From Alphaproteobacteria bacterium (lineage in GTDB: Bacteria; Pseudomonadota; Alphaproteobacteria; MPNO01; UBA830), in the NCBI GenBank assembly GCA_038131485.1, contig JAYPPO010000002.1, forward strand, positions 845,207 to 909,206: a DNA stretch of 64,000 nucleotides. The letters are read 5' to 3'. Shown piece by piece: positions 19,642-29,401 of the stretch; within the stretch, counting starts at the first letter, position 1, and each line of letters starts with the position of its first letter. The notes under the pieces were generated by a model, which was given only the letters and a program-made list of their open reading frames with translations, had not been told where the DNA came from and searched no databases. The translations under genes were made by a program, and so were the position numbers.

Positions 19642-21981
19642 TTGGGACAGTACGGTATAGGACAACCAGTTGCGCGCGAAGAAGACCCGTATTTGCTTAG
19701 GGGTGAAGGGCGCTACGTCGACGATGTAACCTCGGATGGTCAGCTGCGCGCCTACGTTCTGCGCTCGCCGCTGCCGCATGCGAAGATCAAATCCATTGAC
19801 ACTAGCGCCGCCGAGGCGGCTCCCGGTGTGAGCTTGATCTTGACCGGAAATACGCCGGAGGTCCTCAAACTCGGCCTACAGCGGCCGATGATGCAGCGCA
19901 AGCGCCGCGACGGCTCCGACGCGCCGACGCTGGCGCAGCCGCATCTGGCCAAGGACCGGGTGCGTTACGTTGGCGACTACGTCGCTTTCGTCGTCGCCGG
20001 CACGGTCGCCCAAGCCAAGGACGCGGCCGAGATGATTGTGGTCGACTACGAGGAACTGCCGGCCGTGGTCGATACAGCGCAGGCGGTTGAACCCGATGCG
20101 CCGCAGATCTGGGATGAGGCGCCTGGCAACGAGTTCTTCGTTCACCAGGCGGGCGACAGGGCGGCGACCGACGCGGCCTTCGAGAAAGCTGACCACGTCA
20201 TTAGCCACCGTATGGTGATCAATCGCATTACCACCAATTCGATGGAGCCACGCGGCTGCCTAGCGGAATACGACACTCGTGACGATCGCTACATCGTCCG
20301 CTGTACGGTGCAGGCGCCGCATCGGATCCGTGCTATCCTCGCGAGCCAGATCTTCGAGCTGCCAGAGCACAAGTTCCGCGTGATCAGCGACAACATGGGC
20401 GGCGGCTTTGGAATGAAGGGTGGCTGCTATCCGGAATATATCCTGTCAATGGTCGCTTCGAAGATTTTGCGGAAGCCCGTGAAATGGATCAGCGAGCGCT
20501 CTGAAGGCCTCTTGTCCGACGAACAAGCGCGCGACAATGTCACCGAGGCCGCGCTCGCTCTAGATAAGGACGGTAAGTTTCTTGGCCTCCGGGTGAAGAC
20601 GATAGCGGCGTCGGGCGCGTACTACAATTCCGAGCGAGCGGCCGGCCCGGCCGTCGGCAATATCGGTGTACTCGCCGGCACCTATACGACGCCCGCGATC
20701 CATGTCGACGTCACCGGCGTAGCTACCAACACCATGCTGACTGCGCATTATCGCGGCGCTGGTAGGCCCGAGGCCGCCTACGTCATCGAGACGCTGGTCG
20801 ACATGGCGGCGCGCGAACTCAAGATGGACCCGGTAAATCTGCGCCGGATGAACACTATCCCGGTTGATGCGATGCCGTTCAAGACGGCGCTCGTATACAC
20901 CTATGACTGCGGCGACTTCACGAAAAACCTTGAAGAGTGCATGAAGATCGCGGACTACGCGGGCTTCCCGACGAGGCGCGACGAGGCTAAGGCGCGCGGC
21001 ATGCTGCGCGGGATAGGCGTCTCGAACACCATCGAGGCGTCAAACGCAGGCATGATCGAGACGGCCGAGATCCGCTTCGACGCGTCCGGCACGATGACGC
21101 TGTTCATGGGCACGCACGATCACGGTCAGGGTCACGGCACGACGTTCAAGCAGATACTTTCCGGCATGCTTGGCGTGGACACTGACGACATGCGGTTCGT
21201 CTACGGCGATACCGATCAGGTCCAGTCGGGAACAGGTACGTTCGGCTCCCGCTCTGCAGCGTGCGGCGGTACGGCGGTGAAGATGGCGGCAGATAAGATC
21301 ATCGAGCGCGGTAAGAAGATCGCGGCCCACCTGCTGGAAGCGGCCGAGACGGACATCGAGTTCGCGGACGGCGCGTTCTCTGTCGCCGGCACCGATCGGG
21401 TGATCTCGATGTCTGACGTCGCCAAGGCGGCATTCCAGCCGGCGCGGCTCGGCGGCAACATCGAGCCTGGCCTCTATGAGACCGCGACCTACAACGGTGG
21501 GATCTTTACCTTTCCCAACGGCTGCCACATTGCTGAGATCGAGATCGACCCGGCTACCGGAGTCACGCACATTATGCGCTATAGCGTCGTCGATGACGTC
21601 GGCACGATCATTAACCCGCTGTTGGTCAAAGGCCAGATCCATGGCGGCATTGCCCAAGGAGTTGGTCAGGCGTTGATGGAGGACATTATCGTCGACGCGG
21701 ACTCGGGGCAGGTTGTGACCGGCTCGTTCATGGATTACTGCATGCCGCGCGCTGATGATCTATGCTCCTACGAAATAGGCTCTAATGTCGTGCCAACGCC
21801 GACCAATCCGCTGGGCGTCAAGGGCGCGGGCGAGGCTGGCACTGTGGGCTCGCTGCCCGCGATCATGAACGCGGTCAACGACGCGTTGGCCATGATTGGG
21901 GCTGCGTACGTCCAGATGCCTGCGACCGCGCAGAAGGTCTGGGCGGCGATCGAGGTGGCGAAAGGAGCGAAAGCAGCTTAG
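19642..21981 (+). CDS. xanthine dehydrogenase/CO dehydrogenase-family molybdopterin-binding large subunit (CoxL-like)
   Basis: 779 aa. N-terminal a/b-hammerhead (GxxVxRxED…), MoCo-binding domains. TTG start preceded by GGAGG. No FAD or 2Fe-2S subunit genes adjacent. Confidence 0.8.
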   Translation: MGQYGIGQPVAREEDPYLLRGEGRYVDDVTSDGQLRAYVLRSPLPHAKIKSIDTSAAEAAPGVSLILTGNTPEVLKLGLQRPMMQRKRRDGSDAPTLAQPHLAKDRVRYVGDYVAFVVAGTVAQAKDAAEMIVVDYEELPAVVDTAQAVEPDAPQIWDEAPGNEFFVHQAGDRAATDAAFEKADHVISHRMVINRITTNSMEPRGCLAEYDTRDDRYIVRCTVQAPHRIRAILASQIFELPEHKFRVISDNMGGGFGMKGGCYPEYILSMVASKILRKPVKWISERSEGLLSDEQARDNVTEAALALDKDGKFLGLRVKTIAASGAYYNSERAAGPAVGNIGVLAGTYTTPAIHVDVTGVATNTMLTAHYRGAGRPEAAYVIETLVDMAARELKMDPVNLRRMNTIPVDAMPFKTALVYTYDCGDFTKNLEECMKIADYAGFPTRRDEAKARGMLRGIGVSNTIEASNAGMIETAEIRFDASGTMTLFMGTHDHGQGHGTTFKQILSGMLGVDTDDMRFVYGDTDQVQSGTGTFGSRSAACGGTAVKMAADKIIERGKKIAAHLLEAAETDIEFADGAFSVAGTDRVISMSDVAKAAFQPARLGGNIEPGLYETATYNGGIFTFPNGCHIAEIEIDPATGVTHIMRYSVVDDVGTIINPLLVKGQIHGGIAQGVGQALMEDIIVDADSGQVVTGSFMDYCMPRADDLCSYEIGSNVVPTPTNPLGVKGAGEAGTVGSLPAIMNAVNDALAMIGAAYVQMPATAQKVWAAIEVAKGAKAA

Positions 21982-22348
21982 GGCGCGAAGGACGGTGCGA
22001 GGCGTTACATGTTTTCTAAGCCTGTCGTCGCCATATGCCGGGCCAAGTTCAGAGCGTCGCTCAAATTGGAGTATCGATATGCGCCGACGTTGAAATGTTC
22101 GCTTGGGGTCCACGTGATACATAGATGTTCCATCTCGCTATATTCAGTCATTTTCGTTGCGGCGGGTTCTGCCGCTTATGCGTAGGTATCTTCGGAGGTG
22201 TTGTATCGGTAACGAAGAATCTCCTTTGGTCGGTTGCTAAAACTCCGGCGGGTTGACCCGCGTAGTTCACCGGAGTTGGCAAGCGCGCCGCCTGCCGTCA
22301 CACTAGCCCCGATTCCCGCTCACACCGAGACGAGACCGCCAGGTCAAG

Positions 22349-23095
22349 ATGGATTTCTCCGCGATCCCCAAGGAAACGCTCCACCGCTGGACGCTGTCAT
22401 CGGGCAGCACCGTCGCGGTCGACAGCATTCGAATTCCCGATTTCCTCATGGCATTCACGCAGCTTCCGACACCCGTCCTGCAGATCGGCAGCAAAGCATC
22501 CGTCATCGACGGAGACGCGGGCTCTGGCGCCAAATGGCGGCGGCTTTTTGGGCGCAGTCCTTTCGTTGGCGCCGACCTGGAGCCCGGTGAGAACGTTGAT
22601 TTTATCCTCGACGTCACAAAGGATATAAAAAAATTTCGGAAGGCGTCCGGCATCTTCCAGTACCAGACCGTGATTTGCGCGCATGTACTCGAGCACGTCG
22701 AGGATCCGTTCGTCGCCGCACGCAACATCGCGGCGCTCATCAACAAGGGCGGCAATTTGCTGGTTACCACTCCCTGGGTGCAGAGCTATCACGCGTTCCC
22801 CGAGGACTACTGGCGCTTTTCCTTCGCAGGGCTCCGCAAGCTATTTCCAAGCATGGAGGTCGTGGGCGGCTTCTATAGCGACGCGCGCGAGGAGACGGGC
22901 TACTGGATTGCGATCGACGGCCGGCCTAATTTCACGAAGGACGCTCTCCGCCTCGAGGGCAACCTCTTCCAGTTCCTGCTCGACGAGTTGCCTCGTCAGG
23001 AAATGTTTCAGGACGCCTTCGACGGCGACAAAATCGCGCTGTCGCGGCTCTACATGCCGGCGATGAGCGTGAACCTCGTGTTCCGGAAAGCATGA
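22349..23095 (+). CDS. class I SAM-dependent methyltransferase
   Basis: 248 aa. …VLEHVEDPFVAARNIAALINKGGNLLVTTP… methyltransferase_11-like. Locally lower GC and AT-rich codons. Confidence 0.65.
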   Translation: MDFSAIPKETLHRWTLSSGSTVAVDSIRIPDFLMAFTQLPTPVLQIGSKASVIDGDAGSGAKWRRLFGRSPFVGADLEPGENVDFILDVTKDIKKFRKASGIFQYQTVICAHVLEHVEDPFVAARNIAALINKGGNLLVTTPWVQSYHAFPEDYWRFSFAGLRKLFPSMEVVGGFYSDAREETGYWIAIDGRPNFTKDALRLEGNLFQFLLDELPRQEMFQDAFDGDKIALSRLYMPAMSVNLVFRKA

Positions 23096-23222
23096 AGTCG
23101 GAGCTCTTGGGCAGAGCACGAAAGCAGCGTGCACGCGAATGCCGCTAAGCTGCCCTCAGCCAAGCCAGTGCAGGATTCGTTTCTCTGAGACTGCGAAAAG
23201 CATCGGACTGTTTCCGCCTCAT

Positions 23223-23762
23223 TTACTCGAACGTACCGTCTACGAGAACAAACATCATATAGCAGTCCTCGTCGGAGCGGTTCGACCACGCATGATTGGT
23301 GCCGCGCTGGACGCAGGTGTCGCCCGGCTTCATTAGTACCTCGGAATCGTCAAGGACGAGATAGATCTCGCCCGAGACGCACATCGCGAAGTCGATGGTC
23401 TCGGTCTTGTGCATCAGCGGATGCGGCGGCTCTCCTTGATCGGAAGCGCCCTCAGCACCGATCGACGCGAAGCTCGCCTTGGCGGCTTCCTTATCGACGT
23501 TGCCGATCCAGTCCTTCTCCGGCGGGAATTTGATCACCCGAAAAACCGAGCCGTTCTTGGGCGGCAGCAGGCCGATTTGGCGGTCCTTTACTGTCTCCTC
23601 CTCGCCGAGCGGCTTGCAGGGCGCCTCGTCGAGGACCCACATGTTGTTGATCTCTACGCCTGGCCGGTTGTCGGGGCGAAGGATGTTGGGGGATTCGCCA
23701 TCGGCGATCACGATGGCCTTACCGTTTTCGTCGTGGCCGGTGACAATTCTTCTGACGCCCAT
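23223..23762 (-). CDS. cupin-domain protein
   Basis: 179 aa. MGVRRIVTGHDENGKAIV… N-terminus and a C-terminal cupin barrel (…GTNHAWSNRSDEDCYMMFVLV). Confidence 0.6.
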   Translation of the reverse strand: MGVRRIVTGHDENGKAIVIADGESPNILRPDNRPGVEINNMWVLDEAPCKPLGEEETVKDRQIGLLPPKNGSVFRVIKFPPEKDWIGNVDKEAAKASFASIGAEGASDQGEPPHPLMHKTETIDFAMCVSGEIYLVLDDSEVLMKPGDTCVQRGTNHAWSNRSDEDCYMMFVLVDGTFE

Positions 23763-23765
23763 GCT

Positions 23766-24224
23766 CTAGAGTCTCCCTTCAATGACGTAATCCAGTATGC
23801 GCACCACCTGTTCCGGCGTCTGCGCTACCGCCAATGCGGCGGCATCCACTTCCTTGAGGGCGTGCGTGTGGCCCTCGTCGTGCAGCGTAATCATCGGCTT
23901 GCCGAGCGCCGCAGCGTAACCGGCGTCGAACGCCGCGTTCCACTGCTTGTACTGCTCGCCGAAGCGGACCACTATGATATCTGAGTCCGCGATCAGGGTG
24001 CGCGTCCGGATCGCGTTCATCTGCGCACCCTTGTGATCCTTCCAGAAATTATTGCCTTCCGCGCCGAGGATCTCGACGCCGCAATCGTCCGATGAGTCGT
24101 GATCGGTGACGGGGCCGAAAAACTGTACGGGCAGGCCTGCCTTGTCGACGCCTTCCTGGATGCGCTCGCGCCAGTCGGTGTGGATCTCGCCCGACATGTA
24201 GACGGACCAGTTTTTGCTAGCCAT
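23766..24224 (-). CDS. YtoQ-family protein (nucleoside 2-deoxyribosyltransferase-like fold), function unknown
   Basis: 152 aa, colinear with B. subtilis YtoQ (…VYMSGEIHTDWRE…FGEQYKQWNAAFDAGYAAALGKP…TPEQVVRILDYV). Only 3 nt downstream of the cupin gene. Confidence 0.65.
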   Translation of the reverse strand: MASKNWSVYMSGEIHTDWRERIQEGVDKAGLPVQFFGPVTDHDSSDDCGVEILGAEGNNFWKDHKGAQMNAIRTRTLIADSDIIVVRFGEQYKQWNAAFDAGYAAALGKPMITLHDEGHTHALKEVDAAALAVAQTPEQVVRILDYVIEGRL

Positions 24225-24267
24225 AGATGCTCCTTTTATGCCTGCAAACGTTGGAAAACAGCCTTTT

Positions 24268-25089
24268 TCAATGTTCTCTCGGCATATCTTCCCCGCGGTC
24301 GATTTTGACGCCTTTTATCACTTCCTTGATGGAGCCGCAAAGCGGCAGGCTAACGCGCGCGGCATCGGCCTCTTTGAGGACGATCGTCATGTCCTTTTCG
24401 GCCCATGGCATGGGCCATTGGTCGGCTTGGACCTCCATTGCCCAATTGTGCGCGCTCGAATCGAGCAGCGCCTCACGCAGTGGGCCCGCTTCGACGCCGA
24501 GCGCGCTCGCGATGCGCGTGCCCTCAGTGTTGGCGGAGATACAGGCCCAAAGGATAAGGTTGTTGACCATCTTGCCGACCTGACCCGCGCCAAGATCACC
24601 GAGATAGTAAATTGAACTGGCGAATGTCTCGAAGGCAGGGCGGCATTCGTCAAAGGTCCCCTTGTCGCCGCCGCCCATGATCAGCAGCTCGCCCGCAATG
24701 GCGGCGTGCTCGCCGCGGCACATCGGAATGTCGAGGAACGTGACGCCCATGCCCGCCGAGCGAGCGGCGATGTCTTTCATCATCTGGGGCGAGGCGGTTG
24801 ACGCGATGGCGACGATCAGTTCGTCGCGTGGGTTGGTCATCAGCCCACTCTCACCGAACAACGTCTCCTCGACCTGCGAGTCAAACCCGACACCGATGAT
24901 GGCAAGGTCACACGCCGCGCCGATTTCGGCGCAGTCGGTGGCCGCCTTGACGCCCGCATCTGCGACGGCGTCAACCGCTGCCTTCGCAACATCATAGCCC
25001 ATAACCGCGAAGCCCGCGCCTCGCAGATGGCGCGCCAGCGGCCCGCCCATCTTGCCGAGCCCAATAACGCCGATCTTTTCGATTGCCAT
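24268..25089 (-). CDS. NAD(P)-dependent oxidoreductase, 3-hydroxyisobutyrate dehydrogenase/6PGDH-NAD-binding family
   Basis: MAIEKIGVIGLGKMGGPLARHL dinucleotide fold. 273 aa. Confidence 0.8.
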   Translation of the reverse strand: MAIEKIGVIGLGKMGGPLARHLRGAGFAVMGYDVAKAAVDAVADAGVKAATDCAEIGAACDLAIIGVGFDSQVEETLFGESGLMTNPRDELIVAIASTASPQMMKDIAARSAGMGVTFLDIPMCRGEHAAIAGELLIMGGGDKGTFDECRPAFETFASSIYYLGDLGAGQVGKMVNNLILWACISANTEGTRIASALGVEAGPLREALLDSSAHNWAMEVQADQWPMPWAEKDMTIVLKEADAARVSLPLCGSIKEVIKGVKIDRGEDMPREH

Positions 25090-25193
25090 AATTCTCTCCC
25101 TTTGTTCGGCGAGCTGGTCTTAGACTGACCCTACGAGCGATTGTATTCATTGGTCCGCGTAGGGGCGCGTCTAGGCCCGCGCGCCGGTTTCGA

Positions 25194-27248
25194 TCACACC
25201 GTGTTTGCGTTCTCCTTCAATACTTCGCGAACGTCGACCAGCGACCCGCACTCGGCGCAGCTGGTCTCCTCGAGGGCGAAATTGGGACCGTCGCCCCCAT
25301 AGCGCAGCGCGATCCACGGGCCGGCGCGGCGCAGCGGATAGCGCGCAGACGCGAAGTCCGTCTCGTTGCCACAGACACCGCAGCGATGCAGCTTGCCATT
25401 CGATGCCTTGTTGCCCGCCTTTCGGCGCGCGGCGCGGATGCCAGAGCGTGTAGCCCCGGTAGCGGGCAGGTCGGGCGTGCCGTCTGCAGCTAAGACGACA
25501 CCATAGAGTTCGGCCGCGGCGCTGGTCGAGATCGTGCCGTCGGCGACGTCGGCCGCGACCCACGCGGGTTCGCGGTCGAGCGGATCGCCGAATCCGCCGC
25601 CCCCCGCCGCCCAGTATCCGTAGACGTCGCCCGCCCGGATGATCTCGTCCGCCTTCGACGGCAGATAGGACATCTCCCCGCCGAAGCCAGAAATCGGCGG
25701 CATCTCATCGCCCCGCGCAAGCCGGTCCGCGACGTCGCTGCCGCGCACCAGGGCTGCCTGCGAGCCTGCGCCGGGATAGCCCCCGTCGAGTCCGTGCGCG
25801 TTTGTCTGCTCGGTTCCCGCCGTATTCGTAAGCTTTAGCGCCACGTGGTCCACGCCATACGGCGTGAAGGCGACCTCGCAGGTCGTCCCGCCGCGATGCT
25901 CGCCAGGACCGCCGGAATCCTGCATCCGCCGGCGGTAGAGATAGAGGATCGGTGTCTTCCATTCTGCGCCTTCTATATTGCCGAGCGAGCTAGCATATGA
26001 GGTGATTGTGCCGCCGTGGTGGAAGCCGTCAGCGAACGACCGCGCACCTGCGCCGGAGCCGCGATGGTCGGACAGCAGTCCGCCGGTCTGCCTCCCGTCC
26101 GGGTAGATGGCGAAGACATTGTTGCAGTTACTTGACGAGTTCCAGGATGGGCACGCGCGATCGCGGTGCTTGTCCGAGCTGTTAAACATGTTGGCTACCG
26201 CCTGCGTGGCGGCCACGGTAACAAGCCAGCGGAACCCGACGGTGGAAATGCTGACCGGCGCGGGGAAGACGGCACTGACCACGGTGCCATCGGGCACGAT
26301 GACCTCGATGCAACGCTTGAGACCGTCGTTCCAGTCGATGTCGCCTTGGCACAAGAAGCTGTAGAGCGGCACAGCCGAGCCGGCGATGGTGGCCGAGCGC
26401 GTGCTGTTGACCGCGGCGTCAACCTGCGGCGAGGAGCCGGTGTAGTCGAAGGTGAGCTTGTTGCCTTTGCAGGTTAGGGTCAGCACGACTTTCGCGATCC
26501 GCTCGTCGCCGACACGCACCCCGTCCATGAAGGCCTCTCCGGTCCAAGAGCCGTCCGGCAAGTCGTGGATGAAGTCGCGGATTTGGCGCTCGGCGAGGTC
26601 GATTGACTGATGCATCACGCCCCTGACCAGCTCTGGGCCCCGCTCGTCCAGCAGCAGGTTGATCCGGGTGCGCGCCACGTTGATCGCGCCGATCTGGGCG
26701 CGAAGATCGAGCGCGACGGCGTCCGGCAGGCGGGAATTGTTAACGAACGTGTGTTCTGATTCCTTCACAAGCGCGCCACCGTCGAGGATCTTCATGAAGA
26801 AGCGCGGCGGGTCATCGTGGATTGTGCGAGCGTTGATGCAGAAGCTACCGGCGTCGATACCCCCAACGTCCGGGTGATGCAGGACGTTGGCGATCCACAT
26901 AAAGATCTCACCGTCGCGGTAAAGGGGTGCGGCGACTACAACGTCGTTCTGGTGCAGTGCGCCAAGGAACGGGTCGTTGAGCATGAAGGCGTCGCCGTCG
27001 CGGATCGTACCGGCACCGTCGATCACGGATTTCACCGCATCGCCCATGGTTGTCACGTGCACTAGCGAGCCGATACCCGCGGTGACCAGCTCGGCATTGG
27101 CGGTGAACAGCCCGACATTGTAGTCGTTGCCCTCGACTACGATTGGCGATGCCGAGATCGTCTTGATCGCGATGCCCTGCTCGTCGTTGATCTGCCACAG
27201 CCTGTGTTTCACCACCTCGAAGGTGACGGGATCGATGGTGGTGGTCAT
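25194..27248 (-). CDS. hydantoinase B/oxoprolinase (HyuB) family, with C-terminal Cys4 zinc-ribbon-like extension
   Basis: 684 aa. HyuB N-terminus (DPVTFEVVKHRLWQI…). The extra ~100-aa tail contains HRCGVCGN…CAECGS. Overlaps the hyuA stop by 4 nt. Confidence 0.8.
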   Translation of the reverse strand: MTTTIDPVTFEVVKHRLWQINDEQGIAIKTISASPIVVEGNDYNVGLFTANAELVTAGIGSLVHVTTMGDAVKSVIDGAGTIRDGDAFMLNDPFLGALHQNDVVVAAPLYRDGEIFMWIANVLHHPDVGGIDAGSFCINARTIHDDPPRFFMKILDGGALVKESEHTFVNNSRLPDAVALDLRAQIGAINVARTRINLLLDERGPELVRGVMHQSIDLAERQIRDFIHDLPDGSWTGEAFMDGVRVGDERIAKVVLTLTCKGNKLTFDYTGSSPQVDAAVNSTRSATIAGSAVPLYSFLCQGDIDWNDGLKRCIEVIVPDGTVVSAVFPAPVSISTVGFRWLVTVAATQAVANMFNSSDKHRDRACPSWNSSSNCNNVFAIYPDGRQTGGLLSDHRGSGAGARSFADGFHHGGTITSYASSLGNIEGAEWKTPILYLYRRRMQDSGGPGEHRGGTTCEVAFTPYGVDHVALKLTNTAGTEQTNAHGLDGGYPGAGSQAALVRGSDVADRLARGDEMPPISGFGGEMSYLPSKADEIIRAGDVYGYWAAGGGGFGDPLDREPAWVAADVADGTISTSAAAELYGVVLAADGTPDLPATGATRSGIRAARRKAGNKASNGKLHRCGVCGNETDFASARYPLRRAGPWIALRYGGDGPNFALEETSCAECGSLVDVREVLKENANTV

Positions 27249-29374
27249 GCTGCGTCTCCCTGATCCGCACCGGGGTCGATTCCGAGATTGCCGAACTCGT
27301 CGAGCGTCGCCGTCGCGCCGACCGGCAGCCAGATCGTCGTCGTTTCGCGCTCGATCACGGCTGGGCCGGTGAAGGGATATCCGGGCATTAGAGTGCGGAA
27401 ATCGCGGATGTCGGCGGCGGTCCAGCCACGGCCGCGGATATAGACGTTGCGGGTCGGTGTCGTGTTAGCCGCGGCCCGGCCAGTGGCGAGCTTCACCAGT
27501 GGCGGGCGCGCCGTCGGATGGATCGCCTCAACGCGGAAGCTAATCAGTTCCAGCGGCGTCGCGCTTCGTGTCGTGCCGGCGCCGAAGCGGCGCTCATAAT
27601 AGGTCTCGAAGTCGCGCTTGAGGGTCTCGATCGCCCCGGAGTCAAGGATGGCGGCGGGTGAGTCCAGCGTCACCTCGTTCATCTGACCCTGGTAGCGCAT
27701 CTCGATCCGCCGACGGTAGGTGCACGCGGCGGGATCGATGCCGGCTTCTCGCATGTCCGCGGCGGCGCGCCCCTCTAGGACCGCGAAGTGGCGGCTCACC
27801 GTCTTGGCGGCGGTTGCGTCAAGGTGCAGCGGCTCCGACTGCGCGTGCGCGTAGACAATGTCGGCTATGGCAATGCCGAGGGCCGAGAACACCGGGCCCG
27901 CGAATGGGAGCACGAGCTTCCGCATGCCGAGCTGGCGCGCAAACTCGGCGCAATGTGCACCCGTCGCGCCTCCGTAGGCGTAGAGCGCGAAGGCATTGGG
28001 GTCATGGCCGCTCTCGATTGAGACCTTACGGATCAGGTTCGCCATGTGCGCGTTTACCAGCTCGATTATGCCGGCGGCCGCGTCGTAGACGTTCATCTCC
28101 ATCGGTTTCGCGATCTTCTCGGCGATGGCCTTTTCGGCGAGACTGCGGTCGAGAGAATAGGAGCCACCGAAGAAATTGTCGGGATCGATGATGCCGGTGG
28201 CGATCAGCGCGTCGGTGACCGTCGGCTCGGTGCCACCCCGGCCGTAGGCGGCCGGTCCCGGATCAGCGCCGGCGCTCTGCGGGCCGACATGGAGGCGGTA
28301 GCCGTCGGTCCACGCGATCGAGCCGCCGCCCGCGCCGATGGTCACCAGCTTAACCGCGGGCAGCGTCACTGGCAGGCCCTGGTCGAGGAATGGGCGCGGG
28401 TCCTCTTCGAGCATGTCACCGTCGATTAGCCCGACGTCGAAGCTGGTGCCGCCCATGTCGGCGGTGATGATCCTGTCGTGGCCGAGCGCGTCGCCAAGAA
28501 AGCGCGCCGCGACCAGCCCGCCGACCGGCCCGGAGTTGACCACGGAGACCGCCTGCTTGCCGATATTGGCAGCCCGCGCCGCGCCGCCGTTCGACGTGAT
28601 GACCTGCAAGGGGTGGCCGAGACCCTCGCCTTTGAGGCCGCTGTCGAGCTTGCCGATATAATCCTGCGTCACAGGGCCGATGAAGGCGTTGACTGTGGTT
28701 GTCACCGCGCGCTCAAACTCGCCCATCTTGGGCGCGATTTCGGACGACAGGCTGACCGGCAGGCCGGCTGATATGCTGTGGGCGAGATCGCCGATCCGCT
28801 GCTCGTGCTCCGGGTTGCGAAATGACCACAGTAGGCAGATCGCAAGGCTTTCCATGCCGTCGTCGAGCAAGATGCGTATCGCCTTTTCAGCCCTTGTGAG
28901 GTCCAGCGGCGTGACGATCCTACCGTCCGGCCCGACGCGTTCGAAGACGCCGCGCACCATCCGGCGCGGTACCAGCGGCGGCGGCGGCTCGGTGTGGAGG
29001 AAATCCATCGCCTTAGCCTGAGGCAGCCCGCCCACGCGCCCAATAGGACCGCGGCCGATGGCGAGTGTGTCCTCGAAGCCAGCGGTCATTAGAACGCCTA
29101 CCTTGGCACCCTTTCGCTGTATCAGCGCGTTGGTCGAGACCGTGGTCCCGTGGGCAAAGAGATCGGTACGGGCGAGGATGTCGCCGACGGAGGTGTTCAG
29201 CGTCGCGGCCGCGCGCGACAGCACGTCAAACACGCCGTTCTCCGGTGCGCGTGGCGTCGAGAACGCCTTCTCGACCCGGATTGTCCCGTCGTCGCCGATC
29301 AGCACCAAGTCGGTAAAAGTGCCACCGGTATCGCAGCCGATTTGGGTGAAGCGGACGGGTCGAGGGCTGTCCAT
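27245..29374 (-). CDS. hydantoinase A/oxoprolinase (HyuA) family
   Basis: 709 aa. IGCDTGGTFTDLV N-terminus and ASKHA-fold repeats. Confidence 0.85.
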   Translation of the reverse strand: MDSPRPVRFTQIGCDTGGTFTDLVLIGDDGTIRVEKAFSTPRAPENGVFDVLSRAAATLNTSVGDILARTDLFAHGTTVSTNALIQRKGAKVGVLMTAGFEDTLAIGRGPIGRVGGLPQAKAMDFLHTEPPPPLVPRRMVRGVFERVGPDGRIVTPLDLTRAEKAIRILLDDGMESLAICLLWSFRNPEHEQRIGDLAHSISAGLPVSLSSEIAPKMGEFERAVTTTVNAFIGPVTQDYIGKLDSGLKGEGLGHPLQVITSNGGAARAANIGKQAVSVVNSGPVGGLVAARFLGDALGHDRIITADMGGTSFDVGLIDGDMLEEDPRPFLDQGLPVTLPAVKLVTIGAGGGSIAWTDGYRLHVGPQSAGADPGPAAYGRGGTEPTVTDALIATGIIDPDNFFGGSYSLDRSLAEKAIAEKIAKPMEMNVYDAAAGIIELVNAHMANLIRKVSIESGHDPNAFALYAYGGATGAHCAEFARQLGMRKLVLPFAGPVFSALGIAIADIVYAHAQSEPLHLDATAAKTVSRHFAVLEGRAAADMREAGIDPAACTYRRRIEMRYQGQMNEVTLDSPAAILDSGAIETLKRDFETYYERRFGAGTTRSATPLELISFRVEAIHPTARPPLVKLATGRAAANTTPTRNVYIRGRGWTAADIRDFRTLMPGYPFTGPAVIERETTTIWLPVGATATLDEFGNLGIDPGADQGDAA

Positions 29375-29401
29375 GGTTGGGCTCCTGAAGGCTAGCCGGC
29401 A

